From Antedon mediterranea (lineage: Eukaryota > Animalia > Echinodermata): DNA of 64,000 nt. The position numbers and the translations under genes were made by a program. The notes below the pieces were generated by a model. That model was not told the DNA's origin. It did no database searches and saw nothing but the letters and a program-made list of their open reading frames with translations. The first letter of the stretch is position 1; every line of letters begins with the position of its first letter. The stretch is from NCBI RefSeq assembly GCF_964355755.1, contig NC_092678.1, positions 12,460,352 through 12,524,351 of the forward strand, in the 5' to 3' direction. This document shows, piece by piece, positions 24,556 to 36,737 of this stretch.

Positions 24556-25989
24556 CTTTAAATAAAATAATAATTATATACTTTATAAAGTCTTGATTCT
24601 CTTATTTTTAGAAGCGATTTTTGCATGGTTAACATTTTTAATGTAAACATTATTGAACTAATTTAACTCAACCTAATAGTGACAATTTTCTATAAATAAA
24701 TTTTAAAAAGATCAGTCTTGTAAAATGTTTTTTTTAAAATAAAATTGCTATTCGTTCAGGTGAATTAAAACTAAAACTGCAAAAGTCGTATCGTCTTGGT
24801 AATAAATGCAATATTGAAACATAACTTTCTTTCAATATTTTAAATTTAAGTCTATTTAGATGAGCATTAATACATGTTTGGCATATTTCCTCTCCATATC
24901 CACAGTATGGAACATACTTGTACTTGGTACAAACACAAACGTGTTACAGGCGTTATGAATGGCTAAAATCACTCAAAACCAAGAATGTAAATGTGACATA
25001 AATTTCTATTGAATGAAACGTACTGCTATTTCTTAAACTTATAAAATTTAAATTAAATCTTTAGGGGTTATAATATGCCTATAATTTTACATTAATTATA
25101 AAAATTTCTGGTTAAATTTGATTCAGATCTTAGAAATTTGACTTTTCAATGGCTTAAACTATAAGAGACACACAACAACATTTAAAGATAAATGTGATGA
25201 TAAAGATAAACCATAAAAAAGCAAAATATATTTAAATATTTTCTAATTCATTTTGTTCTACAGGAAAATGTATATTTATAGTGGATCGTTATCGTCCTAA
25301 TAACAAATGAAATTTAATTTTGTTTCAGCATTTATTAATCTAAAATATAACAGAAGGCCCTCATACCTTTACTCATATGCAGTATTATCCAAAGAAAAAC
25401 ACAGACAATTGTCCAACAAGCCATTATTAAGTTATCAAAACTATCCGCAGTTAATCGACATTGTCCAATCCGTCGAAAAAAAACCCCGAATGCTTTACGT
25501 CTATAACAATTTCGCTTTGACACACGTAATGATTTGTGTCGATATTTTAACTTATAACAGTTATAGTGTTATGTGTGAATAAGAAATGTCATATTCTTAA
25601 TGAATTTTAATTATTATTCAAGGTTAAATGTGGCAATTGTATTATTAATAAATTAAATCAATATTAAATAAAAATAGATAATTTATTCAGAGTCACACAA
25701 TTTCAATAAAACGATACTTTTAATTCATAACACACCCTATAATCATATTTCATAGTTTTTAATTTAATGCCATATGGGAGTCAGAATAATACTTATATTG
25801 TACTATGTTGAATAATGAGTTGATGTTGTTTTGATATTAAATAATTATACTTTCATGAGAGCGGCATTAAACTTGCTCAAAAAACCAAAACGTGCAAGGT
25901 AATACAGAATTTTGTATTATTCATTGCCACAGGTTAATTGGATGGCAACCCTTTTCTTCTAGTACAAATATTGACAATGTAAAATTAGC

Positions 25990-26112
25990 TAAAGCTTGGA
26001 AGTTCCTCTAGAGACGCAATGCAAGGAACGAGCTGACCAATGAATTCGAATAACCCACCGCTTGTGATTGGTCAAATGAGGTTGCATTACGTCGTTATGT
26101 TGCGTCTCTCTA
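25990..26112. mobile_element. Truncated palindromic MITE related to 57094-57254
   Basis: tagagacgcaa ... ttgcgtctct inverted arms with an internal gaccaat/attggtc pair. Confidence 0.55.
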
Positions 26113-26139
26113 TTAAGATTGATGTGTGATGTCTTTGCA

Positions 26140-27475
26140 TCTATATATAAATTATGGTTAATTCTGACATAGGCGAGCACAATGCAAAAACTTCTCTACA
26201 AATCTCCGCCTTGGATACCTACCTTATCTATCCGAGATGTACCGCGAAACGTAGATTTGATAACATTAGTGTGCACGCCGACGCTATTGTTCCATATTTA
26301 TATCTTAGGAAGATTTTATAAAGAGTTTTTTAACAACATTTATGATTTCAACATTGGATTTTCCTCTCAATTTCAATTCTTCCCGGTCAAAGTAATTTCC
26401 GGGTTTAAGATAAGTTCAACTTAGTTTCAAATATTTTCTCTCTTTTATACACAAGGGAGCAGTTAAAATAATAGATTTGACCTTAAAGGTGACTGGAAAC
26501 AGGCACTTTCCATCAATCAATACAGTGTCCCTTTAGAAGACGAAAAAAAAAATTGGCCATTAATCATAGCCATTCAGTTTTTTGTTTATTTTAAAACATA
26601 CCACACGTGTGTGAAGGTACAGTAGTTAAATAATAGGAATTATACTGCAAATTAATAAAGATCAAATTAAATATACGCCATAAAGAATCAGAATATATTG
26701 TGGGAAATAGTATTATAAAATTACATAGGGAGATTTGATAAGACATTTTTCGAGTGAAATCCCGATAGCTGAGTTTTATTGAGTAAGCTTGCAGGAATAA
26801 CTGTAGGCTATCTTCCTGTGTCCCGTTAGGACCGAGATGTCTGCCCATGTTGCAAGCCGTAATGCCGTAATGTCTTCTTTCTTGGGCCCACTCTGTCACG
26901 GCAGTTAGTTTCAAAAGATGATTAAATTAAATAATGTATTAATAATTATTAGGATGGTATTCATTTGAATAAACGCCTCTCCAATAAAACATCACTTTGA
27001 ATAATAACCCCCCCCCCCCCCACAACCCAACTATCTAATAAACGTCCATCCACATATTTATAATAACACAATTATACTATTTGTAGTAGAATTCACCGCA
27101 CTGTTATCTGCAATTTACCAAAAATTTGTTATTCTTTTTTACCACTTTTCATATCTATGAGAGGATTTCATTTGATTATAAATGTTACCATATTATTAGA
27201 ACTAAAAAATTTAACATACGGTATATCCCTCGAATAAGCACCTCCCTCAAATGACCTCCGCCTCCCCAAAGGGCCCTACCAAACAATAAAAACTATACTT
27301 TAAAATGTTATTAATCATCTAAAACACTGTGAAACAAAGTAGTTTAGTTTTACGAATGTCAAGCATTTTCAATAATGGTAACCGACAGAAAATGTATAAG
27401 GAGAACATTATCATTCCGAGAACCATCGTCTACACTTCCTAGAGGGGGAGCGAGCGAAGCGAGCTCACCCTCTAG
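26140..27475 (+). mobile_element. Non-autonomous Helitron (composite)
   Basis: A|TCTATATATAAATT 5' end shared with 39550 and 52193. 3' hairpin CTAGAGGGGGAGCGAGCGAAGCGAGCTCACCCTCTAG|T. Confidence 0.72.
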
Positions 27476-27892
27476 TTAAACAAATTAAAAGTAAACGTTA
27501 CAGTAATCAAAAAACGACCAAGCATCCCGATATGTCAAAAACATCCCAATATGTCAAAAAACCACTCCAGAGCCATCAATACTACAAAAGCCATCAAATC
27601 CCACTTAGTACAAAAAAAATATTGTATTGTTTGGAAATTAATTATTAATATCGTTTCTCTCTTTCTTGGTTATTTCTATACTTCTTCATTAACCTTTTCT
27701 ATCCATTGACCTAATCAAGTTCCACCATGAAACATAAAGGCGCGTTAAACTCTAACCTGGATTAAATAAATGAAGGAATTATTGAATTATTTATTATAAT
27801 TATGCAGTGAAACAATTCATTAGCTGACTTATTACTGCCTTAACTGTAAAAGAGTTATTGTTAAATTGATACATTTATTACATTTTTTACAG

Positions 27893-30800
27893 ATAACAGT
27901 GCAACAAATCCTTGTAGAAATGGAGGCATTGTTGTTCAGCCTTATGAAATGATTTTTGAAATTCAAACTGTAACCGATGACTTTTATTGCGCATGTCCAC
28001 CTGGTTTCAGAGGTCCAACTTGCACAGGAAAAATTGGTTTGTTACTTTTACATTTGATTTTTATTCAATGTTTATGCATTGTTGTGAAAAACCTACACCG
28101 CCACACAGAATACTAATAATAAATTGGAAAAACCTTGATAATAATGAAATGTCCTGCCATTATAATTAGATTTTTTATTTGTTAAATGAAATATCTAAAA
28201 CATTTATAAATTTTTTTAGGATTATAATTTATAGAACTACTATTAGCTATTTATATTGTCATGCAATTGCTTTTTTTTTTGTATTTGACAAGTTCTTTTA
28301 CTTCTTTTTCTGATCCCAGAAACAGTTCTTATTTAATTGTACTATTTTAAGTTATTGTAATTAATGTATGCTGTTTTTATTTCATGAAATGTTTCTAAAT
28401 AAATGTTGTTGTTGACAATATTATAAAATAATGAGGTTTTCATGGAAAAGTAACAATCAAATTATAATGTTACTCTTCATAATCAAAGCCATGCAAAATA
28501 GAACAGCATTAGTAACTGTTTTTGTACACAGGAACAACAGCGTTATTGAATTCCTGTATTCATTTTAATTTAAAATTGTTTATATTTTGAATTGATTCTA
28601 AAAAGTACTCTGCATAATATTCTGCAATCTTTATGACATTTTCATGTAGGCTAAATACCATTAAAGAAAAAATTGTGTTGGCATACGATTAAGCTAATGT
28701 ATTTTATATTGCACGCATTTCTTCACAGTTCTACCCTTTCAGTAGCGATTTATTGATTTATCTTGTTTTTAAATATTTGATTTAATTACTTTTTATAGTT
28801 AAATGTGGTCAAAATGAATTCAACTGTGAAAGTGGTGAGTGTATCTCACTTAGCAAGATGTGTGATAATGTGCCGTATGACTGTGCAGATAATTCTGATG
28901 AACCAGACGAATGTCAAAGTGAGAACTATTCATTAGCCTGTTTAGGTTTTCTATTTTAACGGTTATCAAACTCTAACATTACCTTTTTTCACAAACTATT
29001 ACATTTTCAAAGCCGGTCTTTAAAAGCATTCGCCAAGTAAAGCTTTATATATATATATATATTCATTATCAATAGAATTGTATTAGATACAAAATGTGGA
29101 TGATAGTGTAGAAAAGTAAAGTCATCTAATGCATTTTATCAAATATGGCTAACGCATATATATTATTTTTATATTTAAGATAAAGAATGTGACGATTTGT
29201 TGCAAATTTTGGACAATATGACAGCAATATGCGGTGAACTTCAACAACTTCACGGCTTTCCGGCGATAGAAAGTTCGAAAAATCTATTTAATTTTAGATT
29301 TGATTTCCCAGAAGCTAAGAACATGATAGCAAGGGTACGTACATAATCAATTTAATTAACTTGACTTAAGCCAATATGAATATTTATTACTAGAAATTGC
29401 AAAGTGATTTTTGATTGATTGAATATTATTCTTTATTTTTCACACAAATCTCTATAAAAAAAAGTGTGAAAATAGGATAACCATAAGCAAGCAAAGCTTT
29501 TAATCTGTGGCACCCTTAACTTTACAAATACATTACAAAAATGTTTTCATGTAGTAAATAAATTATTAAGGAAAATACAACGTACTATACTATATGTATA
29601 CATCACAGGCACAGAATATATATGGAAATGTAGTTAATTAATTTAAAACGAAGTTCGAAGTTTGAAGCAGATGTATATCAATCTACAAATATTCTCTAAA
29701 AAAATATTTAAACGGCGGCTCCAGCCTACTTGAAGATAGAGGGGAATGAAGTTGCAATCTGTGCCGAACAATTCGCTCATGATGATCTGTACAGTCGCGA
29801 AGTACTATGTTAGCACAACGTGTTTTGATGACGCAGGGCCCTCCTAAAGACACAAATCGCATTTCGATTACATTAATGTTGTCTTTTTATGTTATTTGAA
29901 ATATTTTTCATTATTTTGTTTAAAAAGTTGATAACTACAATAAAACTGCAAAATGCGCTGCAATTTACCTGTTAAGTTACTTTAATAAAAACATGTTTTG
30001 TTTCATAGGTCGGAGTTAATATATCTGCATACATTGGGAATGAGATTGCAGAAGACGGAACACTGTTTGTAGCCTTACTTTCACCTGATCCGACAGTCAT
30101 TATCATTCCAGTTATTCATTTCAGGGTAAGAAAAATTGTTATCATAATATTATTCTTAATTATTAGTATTCATAATAAAGTACTTTCTCTAAATTGCTTT
30201 CAACTAAAGAATATTAATGTTTTCAATTTCGATTAAGGTAAGTAAGTAGTAATACAAATATATTTCATCCCTTATTTATATATTAACACTTTAAATAGAA
30301 AAAATTCTGTAACTCCAACTAATAAAATCTTGATGAGATCATGTTGATGATCATTACATATTGATATGATAGTTTTAAACATTGATATATGTATTATAAA
30401 AAGTGATAATTAAAATTAATAAAATAAACAAATCATGAACCAAACATAAATAACAAATTAGCAATTAACAGAAAACGCCTGGGAAAAGTTTGACCTAGGA
30501 AAAGTTTTAAATATTGAATCATAAGTTTGTTTTATATTATTATAAAACTTATTAGTGGACTCTCTGATTACATATTGAAACTTGTTTTTTTTTTTCTTTT
30601 AATACCAGAAATAACCCTTTCTTCTATCATAATCATTGTTTATGGAATATTCAACATTTTAGGTACTTTTGTTTACATCATAACAAATAATTTCAGGTAT
30701 ATCTCAAAGACGATGAAACATTCTTCGAAAAAAACCTGACTGATCTCCACAATTTCGAACAAAATGGCCAGCTTGTTTCGTTATCCTTTCTTCCTGATAG

Positions 30801-31776
30801 CGGTGGAGAACACAAATTACTTTCACCGATCACTTGTTTGAGTCAAGATGAACAATCTTGCATAACTCTCACTATAAGGTCATTTATATCAGACTGTAAG
30901 GATGTATGTATTGATAGATATGCAGAATGGGTACGAGCAAGTGAAGATAAATATAATTGTGAGATGACTTCAATAGATAGTGTTATTGACGAGTTGTATG
31001 GCAAGTGCATCGGTATGTAGAACAATGAAATTAATATTTTTAATTTTGTGTTAACATTTTTTTTTAATTAAATTTTTAAACATTTAATCGTTATCAAAAT
31101 AATTATCAAAATAATTATAATTAATAATTCTTTACCATTCTGATATTGTGAAATACGAAACCAGAGAAGAATTAGTATAAATAATTGTGCTAATTTTTAA
31201 CAGCACAGCCTAACTAATTATTATTAATGCATTATGAATATGTAATAAGTACAAATATTGCATCGTATTTTTTTCAAATACCATTGCATATTATCATTAT
31301 CATTTACAATTTAGTTGCACCAATCATTACGTCAGTCAGTAGTTCAATGAACATCAATTCAGAAGAAAGTGTCACATTGTATTGTGTAGCGTCTGGAGTT
31401 CCAGCAGCGATTGTTCAATGGGGGAAATTCACTGAAGCAGATAAATACGTACCAGTTACAGAGCCATCTACTAGACAAGCAGTTTACGAACTAATGGATT
31501 TGTCAGCAACGTAGGCATAATTAGTTTTTATCATTATCTATTGAACATCCTCATTCTTTCTTTGATTCGTCTTTCGGTCGGGCTTTTAAGTATATGAATC
31601 ATGCAATACCAGAAAATATAAACACCTAAAAACAAGGTAATATTGTCTTCTTTTTTTCTCAGATCTTATTTTTTAAAATAAACTTTAAGGTGTGTTTTTG
31701 TATTAAAGGTATGTTTGCCGTGTTTGGAATATCGCAGGCACAATTCTCAGTGAGACTGTGGTTATTTCATTACAAG
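27893..31776 (+). CDS. Extracellular multidomain protein: 4-Cys EGF-like, LDL-receptor class A, about 190-aa unassigned region, Ig I-set (ends unresolved)
   Basis: In-phase GT-AG exons 27893-28036 (NPCRNGG...FYCACPPGFRGPTC), 28799-28918 (CGQNEFNCESGECISLSKMCDNVPYDCADNSDEPDEC), 29180-29334, 30009-30125, 30697-31012, 31315-31510 (APII...VTLYCVASGVPAAIVQW) and 31709-31776 (YVCRVWNIAG). No internal stops. Confidence 0.82.
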
Positions 31777-33119
31777 GTAAATAAATGATCGGATAATAGA
31801 ATATTAAATATAACATGCATGATTCCTACCTTACAATGTATACTATGACCACTCAATCCCATCTGATCTTTTTTCACATTATCTTCTAAAACTTCCACTG
31901 AGGGCATGTCATAGTTATTGTTTTCTCAAGTAAAATTGTTTTCTGCTCTCTTTTTTTACTCGGGGTACCCGAGTCTAGGACTTACTCATTTTCTCCTCCA
32001 TCTGGACACTATTAAGTAAAAAGTGCGATTTATAAAGTACTACTCCTCCCTTATTCGTTGTAGTATTGAGCTGGGATTTGGCATGAATATACTACAGCGA
32101 CATGTCCTCAAAGCTATAGAGCCGGATTTTTTATTTGTTAATTAATTGTTTAATTAAGAAGCCACAATGTGTGACATACCACACAGCGTTATGTTGTTAT
32201 ATGCGGCTTCTTGTACTAATAATTGGAATTTACCACGTATAGAAAATAGAAACATTGTTGTTTCTATGATGCACATTAACAGAAGGTATACTTTTGTTAA
32301 ATTTCATCGAAGAATGTAATTTATGATAAAAATTAGAATGTTGTAAATGTAAGTTGTAGACAAATAAGTTTCTCAGTGATTGGCCGTACAAATTTGCCAC
32401 ACAAAGAAATACATAGCGAACTAATGTTCATTATTATATTTATTTTTAAAGTTCATAGCATTCTTTACAGTAATGAGATTTTAAACGTGATACATGCGAA
32501 ATGTAATTATAATAATCGTTATATCCCACTACATAAATCCGAATACAAATACATTATTTAAATAATACTGTATATCTAAAATCCAAAGTTAAATTTCAAA
32601 CAAAGAGACCAAAAATAATTCCAAAAAAACATTTTAAAGTCACATATTGTTCACTTTGACCAACAGTTGGATCGAAAAAAAAATATTACTTGAAAACTTA
32701 AATTTAACAGTTTATTTTGTCTCCTTTTGTAGTGAAATAATTTTGTTTGGGATTTTTTATTCTACGGAAGTGAATGTCTTAATTCTTTCATGATTTTGGG
32801 TGATAATGCATTTTTAAGTTTTGCGTACACGATTATTTCTTAAGATTATACACTCTTTCATTGTTACAGTACTTTATGATATTCAAAATGTACGCATTTA
32901 CAGAGGAAAGGTTAGACTTGTCCCAAATTCTTTTTTATATAGTTCACCAGTCGGCATTTCGATGTTACGAGCTCAAATAGGATACGTATAAAAAGCCATA
33001 TGTGCCAAAATATTTATCTTTTTACTAATAATAAGTCAAAACCCTTTCTAGAACCCAGACTAAGGAAAGATAACATACTGCAGTAAAACTAGTGCATTGA
33101 ACTTATAAACAGTACAAGT

Positions 33120-33835
33120 AGTTGCTGGTCTCCAGCAATTGGTACATGTTTGTGAAGAGTTTTCGTAAGAGAATGATGTTTTATTTAATGATAAGAAATC
33201 TTTTTGTATGTGCTTCTGTCCTCGTACTTGCAAACTTGAAGGTAATTCTATTACTAAACTTTTTGGTAAAAAATTTGCTTATATTGAGAAAGGTACCTAC
33301 CTTGGTCATATTCTTATGTGTGATTGCAGTGATGAGGCTGACATTCAAAGTCAGTACAGATCTTTGTGTATTAGAAGCAACTCACTCAATCGCAAATTTA
33401 TGAAATGCTATTACCAATGTTAAATGTTGTCTCTTTAGATCTTACTGTATTAATATGTATTGTGCTGCCCTTTGGTGTACGGTAACTATCGTATGAAAAA
33501 TATTAGATCTCTTAATGTATGTTACAATAATGCTCTGTGCCGTATATTTAATGTCTCTAGAAGTAGTAGTGCCAGTGCAATGTTTATTGAACATGGTGAC
33601 CCTTCCTTTAATGAGTACATGCGAAAATCTACCTATGGAAGTTTCATGCAACGTATGTTGAATAGTGGTAACATCCTTGTTGCTTGTGTTTGCAAAAATA
33701 TGCTCCATAACTCCAAAATGTATTGTAGATGGAGAAGCATTCTATATACTTAAGTTTAGAGCTTACGATTTTTGTTTTGTTTATACGTTTATTAATATGG
33801 ATGATATTTCCGAAATAAAAAGAAATTGAATTGAA
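33120..33835 (+). mobile_element. 5'-truncated non-LTR retrotransposon (CR1/L2 group) ORF2 end with (AATTG)n tail
   Basis: YLGHIL...DEADIQSQYRSLCIRSNSLNRKF...LFRSYC and YNNALCRIF, with frameshifts. Ends aataaa...gaaattgaattgaa. Confidence 0.75.
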
Positions 33836-34254
33836 TAACTGCTGATGACTTTCACGTTTTTGTTGGTCATTGGACTGTATTATGCACTTTCAGATGCAAA
33901 CAATAAAAAGACGTTTATACGAATAAATACGGTATTTAAATGTACTGTGAAAAGGGTGATTAAGTAATGCATTCAACTGTTATGCCCATAACAATTTTAT
34001 AGACACATCGTTTATTTATTTATTTATTTATTTTCAATCTTTCTACATAGCAAAAAAACAAACATATAAGTATAACAGGGGAGTAGCGGAAAAGCAAAAG
34101 TATAAAACTGTCATCTTGTGATGTGCTTGACCAGCTCCTGTCAACTTGAACGATACAATAAAACCGACATTTAACAAATTTAGAAAAATACATAGAAAAT
34201 ATGGTATAATAAAATGTTAACAAAAGTGTAATAAAAATGCAATTGCTATCTGAA

Positions 34255-34425
34255 CAATCTGATTGTGTAAAAGTTAAAAAGTCTGATTGTATAAAAGTTA
34301 AAAATTCTGATTGTATAAAAGTTAAAAATTATGATTGTATTAAAGTTAAAAATTCTGATTGTATAAAAGTTAAAAATTCTGATTGTATAAAAGTTAAAAA
34401 TTCTGATTGTATAAAAGTTAAAAAG
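34255..34425. repeat. 21-bp minisatellite (about 8 copies)
   Basis: Unit tctgattgtataaaagttaaaaat-like; produces the repetitive SDCIKVKN pseudo-ORF. Confidence 0.85.
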
Positions 34426-34779
34426 GTAAAAATTCAAAGTAGGTACAATCATGTTAATAAAAATATGAACAGTTAAAAATCTATAAAATGTTGCTCTAAA
34501 CTGTGTTTAAACTTAAAAAACGACTCTTCATTTAAATTAAATTTACATTTTAACATTAAAATTTGCCAAAAATACACAAATTAGAGACTGCTCATTGCTT
34601 TGCTCAACCCAAGCAAATAAGTAACAGTTATTTGGTGAAAATTTCGTGCTGCAAATGATACTGTTTTTATCTTTTTTTAAATTTTACTTTTTGTCGACAT
34701 TTTGTTTGAATCACATGACCTAAATAGTAAACAAATGAATAGTGATCTAGTTTATACATGTGACCTGAATATATAAACA

Positions 34780-35390
34780 AGATATCGCTAGTCACTACGT
34801 GTCACCAAATATCGCTAGTCACTACGTGTAACCAAATATCGCTAGTCACTACGTGTCACCAAATATCGCTAGTCACTACGTGTCACCAAATATCGCTAGT
34901 CACTACGTGTCACCAAATATCGCTAGTCACTACGTGTCACCAAATATCGCTAATCACTACGTGTCACCAAATATCGCTAATCACTACGTGTCACCAAATA
35001 TCGCTAGTCACTACATGTCACCAAATATCGCTAGTCACTACGTGTGACCAAAAATCGCTAGACACTACGTGTGACCAAATATCGCTAGTCACTACGTGTC
35101 ACCAAATATCGCTAGTCACTACGTGTCACCAAATATCGCTAGTCACTACATGTCACCAAATATCGCTAGTCACTACGTGTCACCAAATATCGCTAGTCAC
35201 TACGTGTCACCAAATATCGCTAGTCACTACGTGTCACCAAATATCGCTAGTCACTACGTGTCACCAAATATCGCTAGACACTACGTGTGACCAAAAATCG
35301 CTAGACACTACGTGTGACCAAATATCGCTAGTCACTACATGTGACCAAATATCACTAGTCACTACATGTGACTAAATATCGCTAGTCACT
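34780..35390. repeat. 27-bp minisatellite (about 22 copies)
   Basis: Unit ccaaatatcgctagtcactacgtgtca, repeated head-to-tail without spacers. Confidence 0.95.
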
Positions 35391-35757
35391 AATTGATCTA
35401 GTTATTATATATGTGACAAAATATCAACAATCTAGTTACGATTTGCGATTGAATATAAATGACCTAGTCATCATATGAAACCAATTACCAACAATCTAAA
35501 CCAAGTACACAGCCTACAACTGCTGTGATTTTCGGCCAACATTTTCTGTTCCACTTTTTGGTTGGGATCTAGTTTTTGACAGAAAGCAACATAATAACAT
35601 TTAGGAAAGTGGGTTAAAAAAAAGGAATGTTGCTGTATTCTTTTTTAATGTGATTGATTGACTTGAACATTTGTTATTTGTTGTACTTTACAATGGTCAT
35701 GCGTTAGTGCAGTATCTTAATGAAGTATTTGGCCAATAAACATCTTTTTTAATATTG

Positions 35758-36212
35758 TTATTCTAGTTTCATGTCTTCAATCTTGGCAGAGACATCTTCT
35801 GTTTTTCCTTTTTTCTTTCCTCCTTCTTTTTGTTTCTTCTGTTTCTTTCCTTGTTGTTCTTCAATTGGTGCTGATTTAGTGAATTTAATTAATTCTTTCA
35901 AGCCTGCAATAAACACAACACCATATACATGAGCTACATATACAATATTTATATACAAAAAACAAATTATCTTAGTTTCAACTCCTGAAGAATAACAATC
36001 GGTACACTCTACAAAGTGCTGAAATCAAACTATAATGAAACCAGACATGGCTACAACGACTCAACGTATGCAAACAAAATGTCTTTGGAGGGTTTGTTTT
36101 TCTTTTACTTAAACAAAATTAATTTTTACCTCACTAGGCACAAATGGTCGTAGAACTTCTGGAACAACAATGCCCTCTTCAGTTTGATTATTTTCTAGTA
36201 TACAGCAGATGA
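35758..36212 (-). pseudogene. SARS1: 3' fragment of cytosolic seryl-tRNA synthetase (end of penultimate exon, intron, last exon)
   Basis: About 36212-36135 IICCILENNQTEEGIVVPEVLRPFVP and 35903-35758 LKELIKFTKSAPIEEQQGKKQKKQKEGGKKK...* match the animal SerRS C-terminus (cf. ICAILENYQTEKGI.VPE.L..FMP / LQELIPFVKPAPI...KKQKKQHEG). No upstream SerRS exons were seen in the window. Confidence 0.8.
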
Positions 36213-36267
36213 TTTTGTAAAATATGAATAATATTAAAATACCTAAGTGCATACAATATTTAATGAT

Positions 36268-36415
36268 ATTTTAATATTAATATATGTTATATATTTTAAT
36301 ATTAATATAATGTTATATATTTTAATATTAATATATGTTATATATTTTAATATTAATATATGTTATATGTTTTAATATTAATATATGTTATATATTTTAA
36401 TATTAATATATGTTT
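36268..36415. repeat. AT-rich tandem repeat of about 27 bp
   Basis: ttttaatattaatatatgttatata repeated about 5 times. Confidence 0.8.
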
Positions 36416-36737
36416 AACTGCACTGCACTTCTCATCTGATATTATAACAATTTCATCAGATCTTTAAGTGTTTTATTTAACTGGGTTTGTCAATTTGGGA
36501 AACTAAACTGATTTTATGCAACTTTACTACAATTTAATAATTTAGTTGCTTGTATTGTATAGAATTTATGAGTATGAAATGTCTAAGAAATGCACATACA
36601 GAATAGTACATAAATGTGAAGTTTACTGTTTATATTTGACTACAATGTTGTACAAATTATGAGCATTGAGCATGGCACAAAGTAAGGACGTAAAACATTG
36701 AGTACAGTGATAAAGTGACTTGCAACATAATTACTGT

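Noticed and set aside
33838-33966. Hydrophobic stretch LLMTFTFLLVIGLYYAL as TM or last exon of the EGF-LDLa-Ig gene
   Set aside because: No acceptor directly upstream (it abuts a LINE tail). An alternative acceptor at 33893 and a VK* exon near 32733 are equally possible, so it cannot be assigned.
34237-35290. ORFs with SDCIKVKN and SPNIASHYV repeats
   Set aside because: By-products of minisatellites whose unit lengths are multiples of 3; no splice or domain support.
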